From the NCBI GenBank assembly GCA_037379345.1, contig CM074515.1:8742001-8806000 (forward strand): a DNA stretch of 64,000 bases. The letters run 5' to 3'. This document shows positions 13,576 to 27,119 of the stretch, in pieces. The stretch's first letter is position 1; each line of letters starts with the position of its first letter. The notes under the pieces are model-generated. The model did no database searches, was not told the DNA's origin, and saw only the letters and a program-made list of their open reading frames with translations. The position numbers were made by a program, and so were the translations under genes. The DNA is from Perna viridis. Lineage: Eukaryota.

Positions 13576-16500
13576 TTTACTGTTCTCTCTTCTCCTATAT
13601 TACAACAGTGTAGACAGTTGATTAGAAGTTTTGAATATTACTGGAAAGTTTCCCAGTTCTATGGTTACTGAAGTATCGATAGGTGTGAATCATTCAGTTC
13701 TGTGTACATAAACAAGGAGAGTCTGACTATAGATCATTTTGTACATGTGTGATTTATTGTTATCAGGTTTAGACTAAAACCTGAAATTAGTATATGCAAA
13801 TTGAGGCATTTTCATGCTGAATTTCTAACTTAACATAAAGAATCTAACTTCTGTATTCTGTATAAAAGCCTCATTATTTCATATATTCAAGTACCTATAG
13901 ATGTGTTCTATTTGTTTCCTTATTTTGACAGAGTTATATTTCCAGGGTTGATGTGACTTACGTATAATGCCTCCTCAGAATCATGCAAAGCAGATTTTGA
14001 CTTGGAAAAATCCCTTAGAATGCCTAGAATATATGGGAAAATCTCCTGTTAAAATTATACTTTAACAGATGGAAAATAATAATACTATTATCATTATTTC
14101 ATGGAAATGTTATCCAAGTTCTAATATCCAATTGTGATGAATTATAACTAAATTTTATTTTTTAATATTATAGTACCGGTGTCTAGTTTCTTAATCACAT
14201 TTCAAATTGATTTCTTCTCTAAATTATTCTTCAAATGAAATTTTGACAATTCAAAGGGGAAAGACTGGTTTTCTAGTTATGTATCTACATATACATGTAC
14301 TACCAGTATAGTATTGAGTCAAAGACAAGGGTAATTATTTGTAGGAATGAAAGTATACCAGTCCATATATGGGCTAAAAGATCATTTAAATGCCTTGCAA
14401 CAAGACCATTTTGAACCTTGAAGGCATACTATGTAATAATTTCTAAACTGCATGCAGAACCTTTCAAAATTGTTGGACAAATATCTGGACAACAGCCACT
14501 ATTTCCCAAGAAAAACTTGTTACATTTCATTGTTAGATATTTTGCTTTAGAAGTCCTATATTACAACCTCATCTTGCTATGTACTGATCCCAGAGAAGTC
14601 AAATGATTAGAATAATAGTATACTGTTTTGTTACATCTATTGTCTTCAATACACATTTGAATGATAATACAAAAATGTACTGGTCATTATAAGGCATCCA
14701 TAGAAAGACAACCCCTTCCCCAGTTTACTTTGTAATGGTACTATGGTAAAGTGTCTGTGTAAACAATCCTGCTCCTCTTGATACTGGATATTAAACAATC
14801 AGAGTCTTCTTAATGGTTCATATACAGCAAGGTTAACATTTGGCAGAGAATGTGTTTAATGAACTTGATTTTATCTTGTAAACATCAGATCAGCTGATAT
14901 ACACATCCACAGGAAGTTACAGTAGCATTCAAGTTTTATCATTTTAGAATATTCTAAAATTTCTTAGTAGGATAAAGTGGAACAATTTTACATCATGTCA
15001 AAGGTAAGGTGATAATCATGTTGACCATTATGTTTATCATTGACTATTACTTTCTGTTTCCTTTGAAATTCTCCTTTACATGATTTCTGAAAGTTTTTTC
15101 AACACAATTTAGAAAATGATATGAAGTACATGTATATATTTTTGTTTGTGTGAGTAAGTTTCAGTTCTAGTGTGAGCTGTCTTTAATACTTCAAAATTAT
15201 TTGTCTTATTAGTTTGCCTTATGAAGTTTATCTATGATGAAGATTCAATTAGTACAATTTAACAGGCATTTTGTTTGCCAGGTAAAAAACATGAAGTTCT
15301 GTGCTATGAAGTATTTTTAAAGAATCTTAATTAGGTTTTCTAATTTCATGTTGGCTTTGTAGTAGATTGGATTTCTTGTAAGTACTGCAGCTTATTTAGC
15401 ATTTTTAGATTTTTCTTTTCTGTGTTATTTCAAAAAGGTGCACTTGATTGTATGAAATGTTTCCAATAGGTCTACCTGTTATATGACCAGGTAGTTGCAC
15501 TCTTTTATATGAATATTTTTTTTATATAACTCCAAAGATGAACATTTCCACTTCAATCCCATTTCAGAAATGAGTAGAAATGAGGAACATTTTCCTGGTT
15601 TATGATCTATAGTTAAAGACCAAAAGTTAATATGTAGAGTGACCAATGATTTTGACAGACAATTGGTGACTGAAAATCTTAATCAATTAATCATATCTAA
15701 CTGATTTGAGACATTTATCAGTCATCAGAACACAGCTACATGAAATAGATCAATGAGAAAAAAGTAACTACAGCTGCTTCATTTTCATGAAAAATTAGAT
15801 GACGGTAGTCAAGAAATGATGTTTTTGATCGTTTTTTTTTCTACTTTAAATAATCTTCAAAACAGCAGCTACAGGTGTCTGTATTGTGCTGCAGAAATAG
15901 AATTCTTTGTCTACTACATGTAGCTTTTATTGGAATCACAGTATGAAAATTCTTTGTTATTCCTCCAATGTCAAGTACACAGTGCAAGCTTAGCCCATGA
16001 TTAATTTTTAGAAATACATGTACTACAAAAATCTATTAAATTACATTTAAAATTCAGTGATGTACTTGTCTGACATGTATTTGATGAAGAGGCATGTGTT
16101 TTCTGTTTCCTGATAACAGTTTTTATCTACTTCTACAATGCATTAGCCAAAGATTATTTTGATAACATCATTATTTAATTTCAATATCGTATTTCTTTCC
16201 TGTTCTATGGTTCAAGTATCTTGTTTCAATGGGAAAATATGTTCTTCACTCATGGATCTTTGTTGTTTATAGTCTGTCATCTGTAACTTTCATAGTTTCC
16301 TCTTCCAGAACTTTCCATTTTACTTTTTTTTTTTTTTTTTTTATTTTTTACTTTTATCTGTAGTCCATTATCATTCATGCTGCAAACTTTTTTCCTCATT
16401 TGGGCTGAACTGTCTTTCCTGATAGACCATGCTAATTTATTTACCTTTTTGACTACACCGCTATTTGTAAATTTTTCACTTAAAAGATAGGAGCAGATTG

Positions 16501-19500
16501 GTGAAATGTAACAAATGCACCATCCTATTACCTTTATTAAAATGGTGAATTCTTACAGAGATCACCAAAAGGTCTCATTTAGTGTAAACACACCTTGAAG
16601 TAAGCTATGAAAGGCCCCAACAACAAAAGTAATAAAACCCATTATAACAGAACGATAACATTTCTTCAACATAAACTAAAAAGTCAAATAATGCTCCAAA
16701 GAATGAATTAATATCGCATTTAGAATTACACTAATCAGCATACACTGGTCAGCAAATAGGATGTATTCAATTAAAATAAATGGTAAGTACCACATTGGTT
16801 AAGGTGCTATTTGAATTCTAAAGAAGTAATAGAAACCTTTATGTTATAGATCAGGACTTGGAAATGATTAGTTTTACATACATCAACTATTCCTAGTTAA
16901 TTACAAAATATCTACTGGTGTGAAATCAGCCATTATTTTTGTTGAATGAAGATGATTTATATAATTATTGTACTTCCTTTATGTATTCTCTTCAGTTGTA
17001 CATGTACTTTATCTTTCTAATTACTGAAGTTTTTAGGTCAGCATTTATACCTATTCTAGAAATGAAAATTTACTTTGTTTAGAATTGTAAGATATTTTGT
17101 TGCATTAGTTTTGTTAGCCCAACTCTTATGGTTGAAATTAGAATTAAGATTAGTGCTATATTGATCCAGGGTTCCAGATATCAGCTGATGTAGTCTGGGA
17201 TTCGCCTACCACTTTTGTTATAACCTTCCACTAATAGAGTATAATATCTTCAATTGATTTTATCAACAATGTTTATTAATCTTAGTTTTTGAAAGCAGTA
17301 TCTTTTCTCAGATTATATGGTTGTTGTTTATAAAACTTACAGGAACAAATCTGGGATTATCTTGGCTGTTGATCCCTTATTTTGTTTTTCCTGTGTGATG
17401 AGCATAAACTCAATCGGAAAAATATCAAATAATCAGAAAAAATATCAACGACATGAAAAGAATATTATGAAGTAATATGAACTTCCTCTTGGTTTATCAG
17501 TACTAACTAACAATACAGAATAATGTGTCAGAGGAATAGTAGACTATGTGGCTGAGATTTGTAATTATGCTTGTCATTTTCTATAATATGACATCAGCCA
17601 ATGACCCTTGGTTTAAGGACAGACCTCTCTGAACCACCAATCAGGAAACTTGATTAAAGAGAAGTCACATCAGAACACATTTATTCCTAGTTAATGAGAC
17701 AATACAGCACTAGCCATAATGCTGATGTAATTACCCAGGAATTATTGGCTGGGAAGCCACAAATCAAACACGTTAGATTAGAAGATTGTAGAATTTGCTT
17801 CTATGTTGTCCAAGATGAACTCAGCAAATTTTAGAACCATGGATTTCTTTATTATTAGTTTATTTTGAGTTATCTGCCCTTTGACATGCAATTAACTTGA
17901 TTGGTTTGATTTTAGCCTGGCTATGGACTGTTTAGATGTAGATACCGGACCTTTCTATTGAACCATAGTTTTTTTTTTCTATTCTTAGTCATGAGTCATT
18001 ACAAAGCTTTCCAGCCTTGACCCCAATATTCTTAATAGGCGTTACATGCTGATGATAAAAAATGTCTTTAAATGGTTGTCAGAGTTGTGGTAGGGCTCAG
18101 AGTTCAGTTTTACTTTCAAGAATTTCCAGGTTTCAAATCATACATCCACTTGAGGAAAATCAAAAGTCCACAACAAAGCATCAATTAAAAGGGTCGTAGG
18201 TGCTTGACCCAGGTAAATGAAATTTTTAATTTCCTAGGTTAGAAATTAAGGGTCCTAGGCTGTCACTCCTAGACCTTGGACCACTAATTTGAACCTCTGA
18301 TTGTTTAATCTTACTTGGCATTGTTAGAAATGTGAACAATCTAATACTACTGAGAGAGAAAGACAGAAACACTCAGAGACTGATAATACCCGAGGGTGTC
18401 TGGGGTTTCCTAGTCTTGCGTTTCCTAACAATGTTTGATTCTTTTTCTCACTTTTAAAATTGCTTTTGTTATTAGTGTGCCAACTCAGAATGCCCTGCTT
18501 GCTGAAATTCATTTGAATTTACAAGATGTCATAAAATGTTTTATTGTGGCATCACAAATGTTGCATGTTTTATGTCACCCGTTAGTAAGGAAATCTCAAA
18601 TGGCTAAAAAAAGGAATATCCTTTTCTCTGTAGTGATAAAAGAATATTCTTATACCATCCTTAGTTTTAGTTTGTCATTCATGTTTTGTCCCTCATCTAA
18701 AATGTTGATTGATTTGAATATAATGCAGATGATTCCATCAGATTAGTGTGTAATGTTCAAGCCCTGGAGGAATGTATGATCTGGATCAATTATTTATCAA
18801 AAGGTATCCTTTATGTAACAATTGATTAGTAATTCCATAAAAAACAGTTCAACCTTCATCACTTTGTGACTCAGTCTCCAGTCATTCATCATGTCAAGTT
18901 ATAAATCATGAAACACTACAGAATTAGAGTTCATTTCAAAAATTGATTTTCTGACAAAGGTGGATGTACCATCTAAACCAACAGAAGTGGTTTGGGAGAA
19001 TTTAGATGACAAAGATAGCAATGTTTTGTTAATTACATCAAATATTAACAATTTATAAAATTATATGAAATCAATATTCTTCTTGTTTACTGAAGCCATG
19101 AATATTTCATTTTCTTTGGTTAATGTTTATTTACCCCAGCAATGATTTGATAAGATTGGTACCTTACAGTAACTTTCTCAGTACCTCCATCATGGGTTAA
19201 ATGACTTATAATAATTATAAGTAAACATGCAAGCACCTGCTCATCTACCTGCATCAGCTGATTGACTCATCCATTGCTCAGGTCAATTATTGGTGATTGC
19301 AAATATCCAGTCATCGTTATAATGATTGAGAGGAAATATTTTGTATTTTCTGGATTTTGAACAGAAAAATATTGGTCATTACTCATGTAGCCAGGATCCA
19401 TTTGAAGGTTGTTCCTTGGATAAATCAATATCTTCATCCAAGAAATTCTCTATCTTGTTCGATTTTCTTGCCATAGAGAGATGTGTAGCTAATTGGAATC

Positions 19501-19951
19501 CAAATCAAATTTTCAGTTTTTCAATGTTGGAATGAAGTTAAATTTGTGGGTAAAAAATTCTGAAAGTTATCAAAGATTCCTCTATGTTGGAAACCGCACT
19601 CTTTGCTAGGTCACTGATAAGGTTTACAATTGAATGCAGTGTTCTGTGAAACCGATAGGAAATGAATAAACTGGAATAACCTAGAAACTGTCAATTCAAA
19701 ACAACCGCTATTATAGTATTGTGTGAACAGCAGATGACACTTATGTTAATTTTTTAAAATCTTTAAGTTTTGGTAGAATTAATTTACTTGAATTTATAAA
19801 TGTGTCTTATGATTATGTATAAATCTTAATTATGAATAGAAAACAAGCATTAGAGGTATGATAGTGAACAGGTTACTTAAAATCAAACCAATGCAGCCTC
19901 AATTGTTATGATTGGGTACCAGTATTGTTACTGTGTCAGTGGAACTGTTTC

Positions 19952-20046
19952 ATGGCCTATGTAGAGATGTTAGAACAGCTATGGGTTTTGTTTTTATGTA
20001 AAGCTGAGAGGTCTCCCACCCTTGGAAAATCCTCCCGGTACAGCAG
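19952..20046 (+). CDS. Candidate alternative first coding exon (MAYVEMLEQLWVLFLCKAERSPTLGKSSRYS-R)
   Basis: ATG then 95 open nt to a strong donor CAG|GTAAGA, phase 2. Confidence 0.45.
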
Positions 20047-21539
20047 GTAAGAATTTTGATAATTATCTTCTATGATATAAAAACAAATCTGAAGATGTAG
20101 TACCTCAGGTCTCAATGACAGCATCATTCTGGTCGTCCAAAATCTCAAAATTATCTACTCGAAATTGACAGACTGATTTTTAATTTTATATTTCTATTTC
20201 TATAGATAGAACATATATTGTATACATTTTGGTTGCTGACCAGTATTAACCTCTGGTTTTCGGGACTTGGTATTTTTTCACTATATATGGAATGAGTGGG
20301 GTATACCTAGCCTGACAACTAGTGCCACTTCATGTCTGCGCTATGCTTTCTGGGAGTGTGAAGTTGGGTTATATGTTGTAAGCAGGTGCTGTCTGATATC
20401 AGCTTCCTCTACAAGTTGGGTATACCTTGGAGGACAGTGCCTGCAACTTCATTTTACTTATGTGAATTCATCCAGGAGAATACCGTTCAGCTTGAAAAAT
20501 ACAGGTCAAAAATAGGGGATGTAAGGGGAAAAAATACAGTTCAAATTAATTTCTTTTCATGTTTAAATTTTATTTGCAATATTTGTGTAAAACTAAAACA
20601 ATTCAATGTACTCATTACAAAACTGATATTGTCTTCTATGTTTTTCTTTGTTTTTGTTTTTTGCTTTTGCGTATTTCTGTATCATGTAATATTCCTGTTG
20701 GTACCGGACCATTCTTGGAACAATGAAATATTCTGTTCTATTACCAATCAAAGTACAATTAGTACTTTTTATGTTCCCACAGCAAAGTGGCCAGAGCATA
20801 TAGTTTTTTTGCTTGAAATAAGGACAAGATGAACTCCGAATAACTAACAAACTAATTATAAACAATATGTCTCAACTCCAAAAAAAACATTCTGTCTAAC
20901 AAAGTACAGATGTATAAGTGATCTTCATTTATTTACATGGTAATGATTTTAACCTTGTATAGTGGCTGTCTTCAGATCAATTATCAGTTTTGTTGGTTAA
21001 TAACCTTCAACTTCTTATGGTTTGCAGTAGTGCCAGCATTTTGACCTATTGTTTTACATGAGTGAATGATTACTTCACTTCTGTGGCAAATGTTTAGACC
21101 TGTGCTGTAGGTCTTTCCTCTAAATGCACCAGTTTCGGAGTGCCATTACATAGCATGGTATTTCTTGTTTTAATGTTTGGGAAGGTGAGGAGTCAGAGGT
21201 CATTTGCCTAATTGACTCCTTAAGATTTCAACATTTTATTCAAAGTTTTAAATAAATTTCTCTGGAACAAGCTGAAAATGGTCCATTCTCTATAGCTCTT
21301 TCCCAACCACTGCTTATCTTTATACAAATGTAATTAAAATGTCAACAAATTATAAAAAAAATTATTTGAATTTAAATAGATTTATCTCCCTTAATTTTCT
21401 GTAACATTTAATAAAAGATGAACAAATAAGTATTATAAGTTGAACTTCATATAAGATAAACATGTAAAATTTGTTTAACTTGACAAAGTTTTTTTTTTAT
21501 CAATACCTCAACTAATATCTTCCTATGACTCAAATTCTA

Positions 21540-21695
21540 CATGTTTATATTGTTTTGGGGGCAGCTGAAGCCTGTCCTATGGTGTGAAGGTTTTCTAGTC
21601 ATTTATTGAAGACCCATGTGTGGCCCTGAGCTGATGTTTTTCATTCCCATGGGGTTGTAGTCTCTTTGACATATTCACCATACTTATTCATGTTA
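21540..21695. mobile_element. SINE-like interspersed repeat, partial copy 3
   Basis: Matches the right-hand part of 3895-4185. Confidence 0.65.
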
Positions 21696-23984
21696 TATTG
21701 AATAGAAGTCATTCTTAAACTTACATAGACAGTACATAGGGTGTCTGTTGTCTGTAACCCTGTGGACTAAAGTGCAGAAAAACATGCCTGGTTTTTATCA
21801 TGATACATTTTATGTGACTTCTTTATTGTCTCCATGGTGTGTTAACTTATATAATGTTACTGCTGTCAACAAGGAGGCAGTTTTAATCATGTTTAGCCAT
21901 TGGAGTACCCTTGGCTTTAAAGTCTTTTTTTTGTATATGTTATGTAGAGAATGTGGAGAGAAACCAGCTGGCACACATGGCCTGGCTTTCATATTTGGAG
22001 CAATTTATTCTAAGTAAACAGTTAGTACAAAGATTTGCAGCTTTTTCATGGCATGAGTATAATCTTCTATCAGTCATTGTTGATAAAAGTGCACTTCTGA
22101 GTGAAATGATGCATTTTAAGGAGCTAATTACTCGGGATGATTCTTAATATTGATTTTGAAGCAAATGTTAAAATCATTTCTTGGCTGTGTGCAGTGTGTA
22201 TAAATATGATTGCTCTGTTTATGATTAGCAACACATGTGCTTACATGCCCAACTGCTAATATCGTCATTTGCTGGAATGCTGCTTTTACAATATAATATT
22301 TTGCTGGGAAACTTTTGAGAAATTTCACAACGCTGATTGAGTAATTGCCTGTTATCTTTGCATAATGGAAAAATAATTATTTTGTTATATTTGGAATGCA
22401 GCCTGAAGTTTCACAGATCATCTTTCTAGAGGAATTATTGAATTCATCTCTGTTGCAATTATCAGATACTAGTAGTTGACTGTTGTTTCTGGAGATCCTC
22501 TCCATGGTTGAGGTCAGGTGTTTTTCTTGTTCTGACCAGAGTTTCTTTTGAGCAATGGAGGTCAAAGAAATTTTTTGTGTACATCTTGATTTAGTTGAAA
22601 CCTATTGGAGTTCATTGAAATGAGGATTTATGTAAAGGGAAATATGCTGTGGAAATGAAGTGGTCTTTGGACATAAAACAATTAAGTACAAAGGCAGGCA
22701 CTTAACCTCTTGTATAATGATCAGAGTATAACTGATGTAGTTAAAATGAGAATTTATATTTCCTACCATAGCCATATTATTCATGAAGCTGGATACATGT
22801 TGGGATTTAATAAATAAGTTCTTGTCTTGTAAATGGCATAATTGGTGTGATTTAATTCCTTTTGAATGCTGTGATTTTTGTGTGCATATCAAATAGGATA
22901 CAATTGATGAATTTGGAGTGCTTTAGACAGTTACTAAAAAGATGGATGATGCTGATGGGTATGTATCAGTTTGTGGATGGATAGATAGAGAAGATTGGTC
23001 ATCCATGAAGTCAGTAGGGATGTACGTCCTTTGCATGAAGTTCTATGGATAAACCTGCTCAAAACAAAGGCTTTCCATTTTATTTATGTCCATTTTATGC
23101 ATTGGTCTTAATATCCATTTTTTATGCATTGGTAATGCTTGCTTGACAACCAAATCTTGATTGATTTTGATAAAGTATACACAAGCAGACATAGTATATA
23201 TACAGAATTATCTGTTAGTACAATTCAGAACTACAAATTGATACAAAACATTGCAGTTTTCTACATCAATAAGAGAATATACATGTACCCTTTGTAGAGG
23301 TAAATTATGTATCCTCCATGTGGATAATGATGCTTCTTCTTTTTTTTTATCACATTGTTTATGGAAATAAAAGTTCTTCAATGAATATCAGTCTAGTTGA
23401 AATGTGATAAACCATTGAATATCGATATCAAATTAACTTCAGATTGTGTTTGTTCAAAATCTACATGTAGTAAACCAGGGAACAACTTGTAGATAACTAC
23501 AGATATATGTGTATTTGAGTACTTGTATTTGAGCTGTTTTATAAGTTTATTTTTGTTAAATTTAAAACAAGTAAGGATACTCAGAGTTTACAGCAAAGTG
23601 CATGGGTAACAAGTTTATCCTTTATTTTGTTCATCCCTTCATAACGTGAGAAATTGTATTTGTACATGTATATAGCCATATATTGCCTCCTTCCAGTGGC
23701 ATGTATAGATGCTAGATGCTATTAACCTACAATAATTTATTCTTTTTCAAAACATTTGCAATTGATTTAAAGAACCAGGAGAAACCTTACTGTTATAATT
23801 AATGGTCCAAATACTCAATTGTGAAAAACTTTGCCTGTGTTATGTATGGGTTAGTAATTTTTTAGGAAAGATGATATTGTTTATGTGATTTGGCGGTAAT
23901 TGTTGTAAACTTGTTAGAAGATAGGAGCTTTGCCAAATCATCAACAGCTGCTCTTCTTGTTATTGTCTTATTCTACATTCACTG

Positions 23985-24340
23985 ACATATACCTGAACTT
24001 ACCTAGATAGAGATCAGTTCAGCAATGTTGGTGACATGACTTCTACCTGAACTTACACAGGTAGAAATCAGTACAGCAGTATTGGTGACATGACCTCTGA
24101 CTGAACTTACCCAGGTAGAAATCAGTACAGCAATATTGGTGACATGACTTCTACCTGAACTTACCCAGGTAGATATCAGTACAGCAATATTGGTGACATG
24201 ACTTCTGCCTGAACTTACCCAGGTAGAAATCAGTACAGCAATATTGGTGACATGACTTCTGCCTGAACTTACCCAGGTAGAGGTTGATTCAGCAATATTG
24301 GTGAAATGACTTCTACATGTATGTACCTGAACTTACCTTA
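23985..24340. repeat. 54-bp minisatellite, ~6 copies
   Basis: Unit tacctgaacttacccaggtagaaatcagtacagcaatattggtgacatgacttc. Confidence 0.95.
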
Positions 24341-24904
24341 CCTTATATAAACATAAGTTTTGAAGGTATTAACTTACTAAAAATACTCTTACAGTATGAA
24401 ATATAGTGTAGAATGTATCTGGTGTACTACATAACAGGTTTAGCTAAGCTTTAATGCATCAACCTGTCACTGGATATGTACTAGATCAACTAAAAGTTTC
24501 AATTGACATGTTCCTAATTAAGCTTAAGTGGTAACAACTTATCCTTATTACTCATATAAACTGGTTATTATGGGTTATAGAGTATGTCAGATTTTTCAGT
24601 AAACATTGCCATAGGTTGTCAATATCATAAGTCCAGCTGCTATGAAACCATGTATATCACCATTTGATTAAGTACCTCTCAGTTTTCTCCATTCAAAAGG
24701 GAATTATCTACTAGTATAGTGCAATTAACATAAAAAAATGATGGCAGTGAAGTAGGTGAGTTCAGATTTCTGTTGCAAAAATGTTTTACATAGTCTGTTT
24801 GGCACACTTTTTTTGGCATGGATAAATGAACATTTGCCAAAGAATCTTTAGTGTAAAGTTAAATATTAGGGTGGATTGGGCAACTATGAGTACTTAATAC
24901 TTAA

Positions 24905-25310
24905 TTATACCCCCACTTAATGAGTTGCTAGTGTATTGGAATCAACTTCTCTGTCCTTCATTCCGTGGATCTGAAATTTGTTGCAACTATCTTGGCTCTA
25001 AATGGATGGATTGATTTTAAATATTTAGTATATAGCTTCTTCTACATGGTGCATATGTTGTTAGCGATTTTAGGTGCTGTCCAATATCAACTTTCTGTTT
25101 TTATTGCACTTCACCATTTTTCACAATATGGAATGATATAGATAATTTTTTGTCACCAAAATCTCCCTTCCCGATGGATGGATTGATCTAAAATTTGGAG
25201 AGTGGCTTCAAATAGATAGGGCATAAGTTGCAAGTGATTTTGGTTGCTCTCTGATATCAACTTTTTTTATGACTGGGGGTATGCCTCCTAGCACAACTGT
25301 ATGTACAACC
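24905..25310 (+). mobile_element. Helentron-type non-autonomous element (HINE/pearl-like)
   Basis: Subterminal inverted motif ataccccca and tgggggtat, internally repeated gatgga(t)...ttgat...aaattt block. Confidence 0.5.
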
Positions 25311-25319
25311 GTTAGGTTT

Positions 25320-25962
25320 AGCTAAATTCTGACATAGGATTATAGTGTTCAGCATGATATCGTGGTTTTGGATATACATGCGAAAAACTATTGTCTGACC
25401 CCACCCCCCCTTTGTTCTATTTTTAGTAACAGGGGCCATGTTTTTCGATGGATCATTAGTTCTTTGCAGGATATCCCAAGGAACATTAATACCAAGTTGG
25501 GATCCAATTGGTCGAGTAATGTCAGAGAAAATTTTTGAAAGAGATAACATTAAAAATAGCAAAATTGTCGAAAAAGGTTAATAACTCAAACATGGCTGAA
25601 CAGATCAAAACAAAATTTGACCACAGCTGGATCTCCTTCTCTGATATTTTTTGTGATAAAAAAAATCCTGGTTCCATGGGCCTGTGACAAAAGTCTGCAT
25701 TTGGTCAAAGTTGTTGGATGACTCCTTGTTAGAGTTATTGCCCTTGAAAGACGAAAATGATGTTTTTAGCAGTTTTCACCTAATATCTTAAAATCGATAA
25801 TAGAAGGAAAGAAACTTTCAATTGATGATATGATCCTTATGATAAGTCCCACCAAAGTCTTCTTGAAACAAAATTGTCAGACAACTCCTTGTTTGAGTTA
25901 TGGCCCTTGAAAGAAAAAAATATAACAGGGTGAGCGATTTCAGGCTCCTGGGAGTCTCTTGT
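25320..25962 (+). mobile_element. Helentron-type element 3' portion
   Basis: Repeated actccttgt..gagttat.gcccttgaaaga block; ends ggtgagcgatttcaggctcctgggagtctcttgt (terminal short hairpin). Confidence 0.55.
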
Positions 25963-26981
25963 CAGTTCCTTATGTAAGAGGGATATTGGCTTGTCATAAA
26001 CAGAGGGATGTTTAAACAGAAACTATGAAATAGTTAAAGGCTTGGAAGACCTGATAGTTTGTCAAGTTATTGTCGTGTTCAATTTCGTGTTATTTTTCTC
26101 TGATATAATTATACACATTTAGACAATGAGGACCTGACACAGGGTTTTGTGTTATCTAACTGTAGTTCACCATTGATTCATTAAAGCTAGGCTTTGCTTG
26201 GTTAGTCACATTGGAGTATTAACTTTTAGTTTAATTAGATTAAATTAAGTCTTTTTTGTTGAAACTAAGGTTTAATGTAGACTTGACTTAAATTGCGAAC
26301 CTTGGCTGTTTTGACAGGTTTAGTTACATCAAGGTGCCTGCATTGTGTCATGCTGCCATAAGTCAGCCCTAGGCCAATTTGAAATATATCTGTTTGATGT
26401 AGCCTTCATGGATATTTTCATACTGGGTAGGTAGGTAGGAAATCTTTTGTTTTTACTAAAAGTAGACATACCAAAATTATTGATAGTATTAATAAATAAA
26501 AATCAATAAAAATCAATTAAATTTTTAGTTCAGCAATTTTTCTTGGTAGAGTTTGGGGGGGGGGATAAACAAGAAATAAAAATTCAAGGCTGTAAGTCAG
26601 GATGATATATTGTAATGTATGGTAATAGGACAAATGTTTTTTGTTCTCAGATCATTTGATTATACATTTTTTGTTGGGAGATCAATCACCTGTTTCACAA
26701 TGTACAGGTAGACAAAATATATTTGGAGGTGCCTAAATTGAATTTTATCTTATTTTTTTTTCTCCTCATGCTGTGTTTTTGAAACAGTTTTTTGGGTCAT
26801 CAAGTTTCATGTATTCTCTGCTTCAAATATTTCAAATTTTGAAATAGATATTGATAGGAAGGTTCACTGAGGGTCAAATCATAACATTACAAAAATTACA
26901 AAGATTTTTTGGTCAAATCATCAATTTAGATTAAAGTGATGATTAAATAATATGATAATATGATTAGAGATTGTTGACGCG

Positions 26982-27119
26982 TAAGGCCCCCAGGGGACTA
27001 GAGGGCTGACAGGACGGTATGTATGTTTACCTGTATCTCCTATAAAACACTAAGGCCCCCAGGGGACTAGAGGGCTGACAGGACGGTATGTATGTTTACC
27101 TGTATCTCCTATAAAACAC
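26982..27119. repeat. Exact 69-bp tandem duplication
   Basis: 26982-27050 is identical to 27051-27119. Confidence 0.95.

Noticed and set aside
14995-15009. ATG TCA AAG|GTAAGG as a first exon
   Set aside because: Phase 0 does not fit the next well-supported acceptor (34021); no other support
20332-20832. 148-aa ORF / possible exon 20386-20504
   Set aside because: An in-frame TGA separates it from the nearest ATG, the donor (GTCAAA) is weak, and it has no recognisable homology
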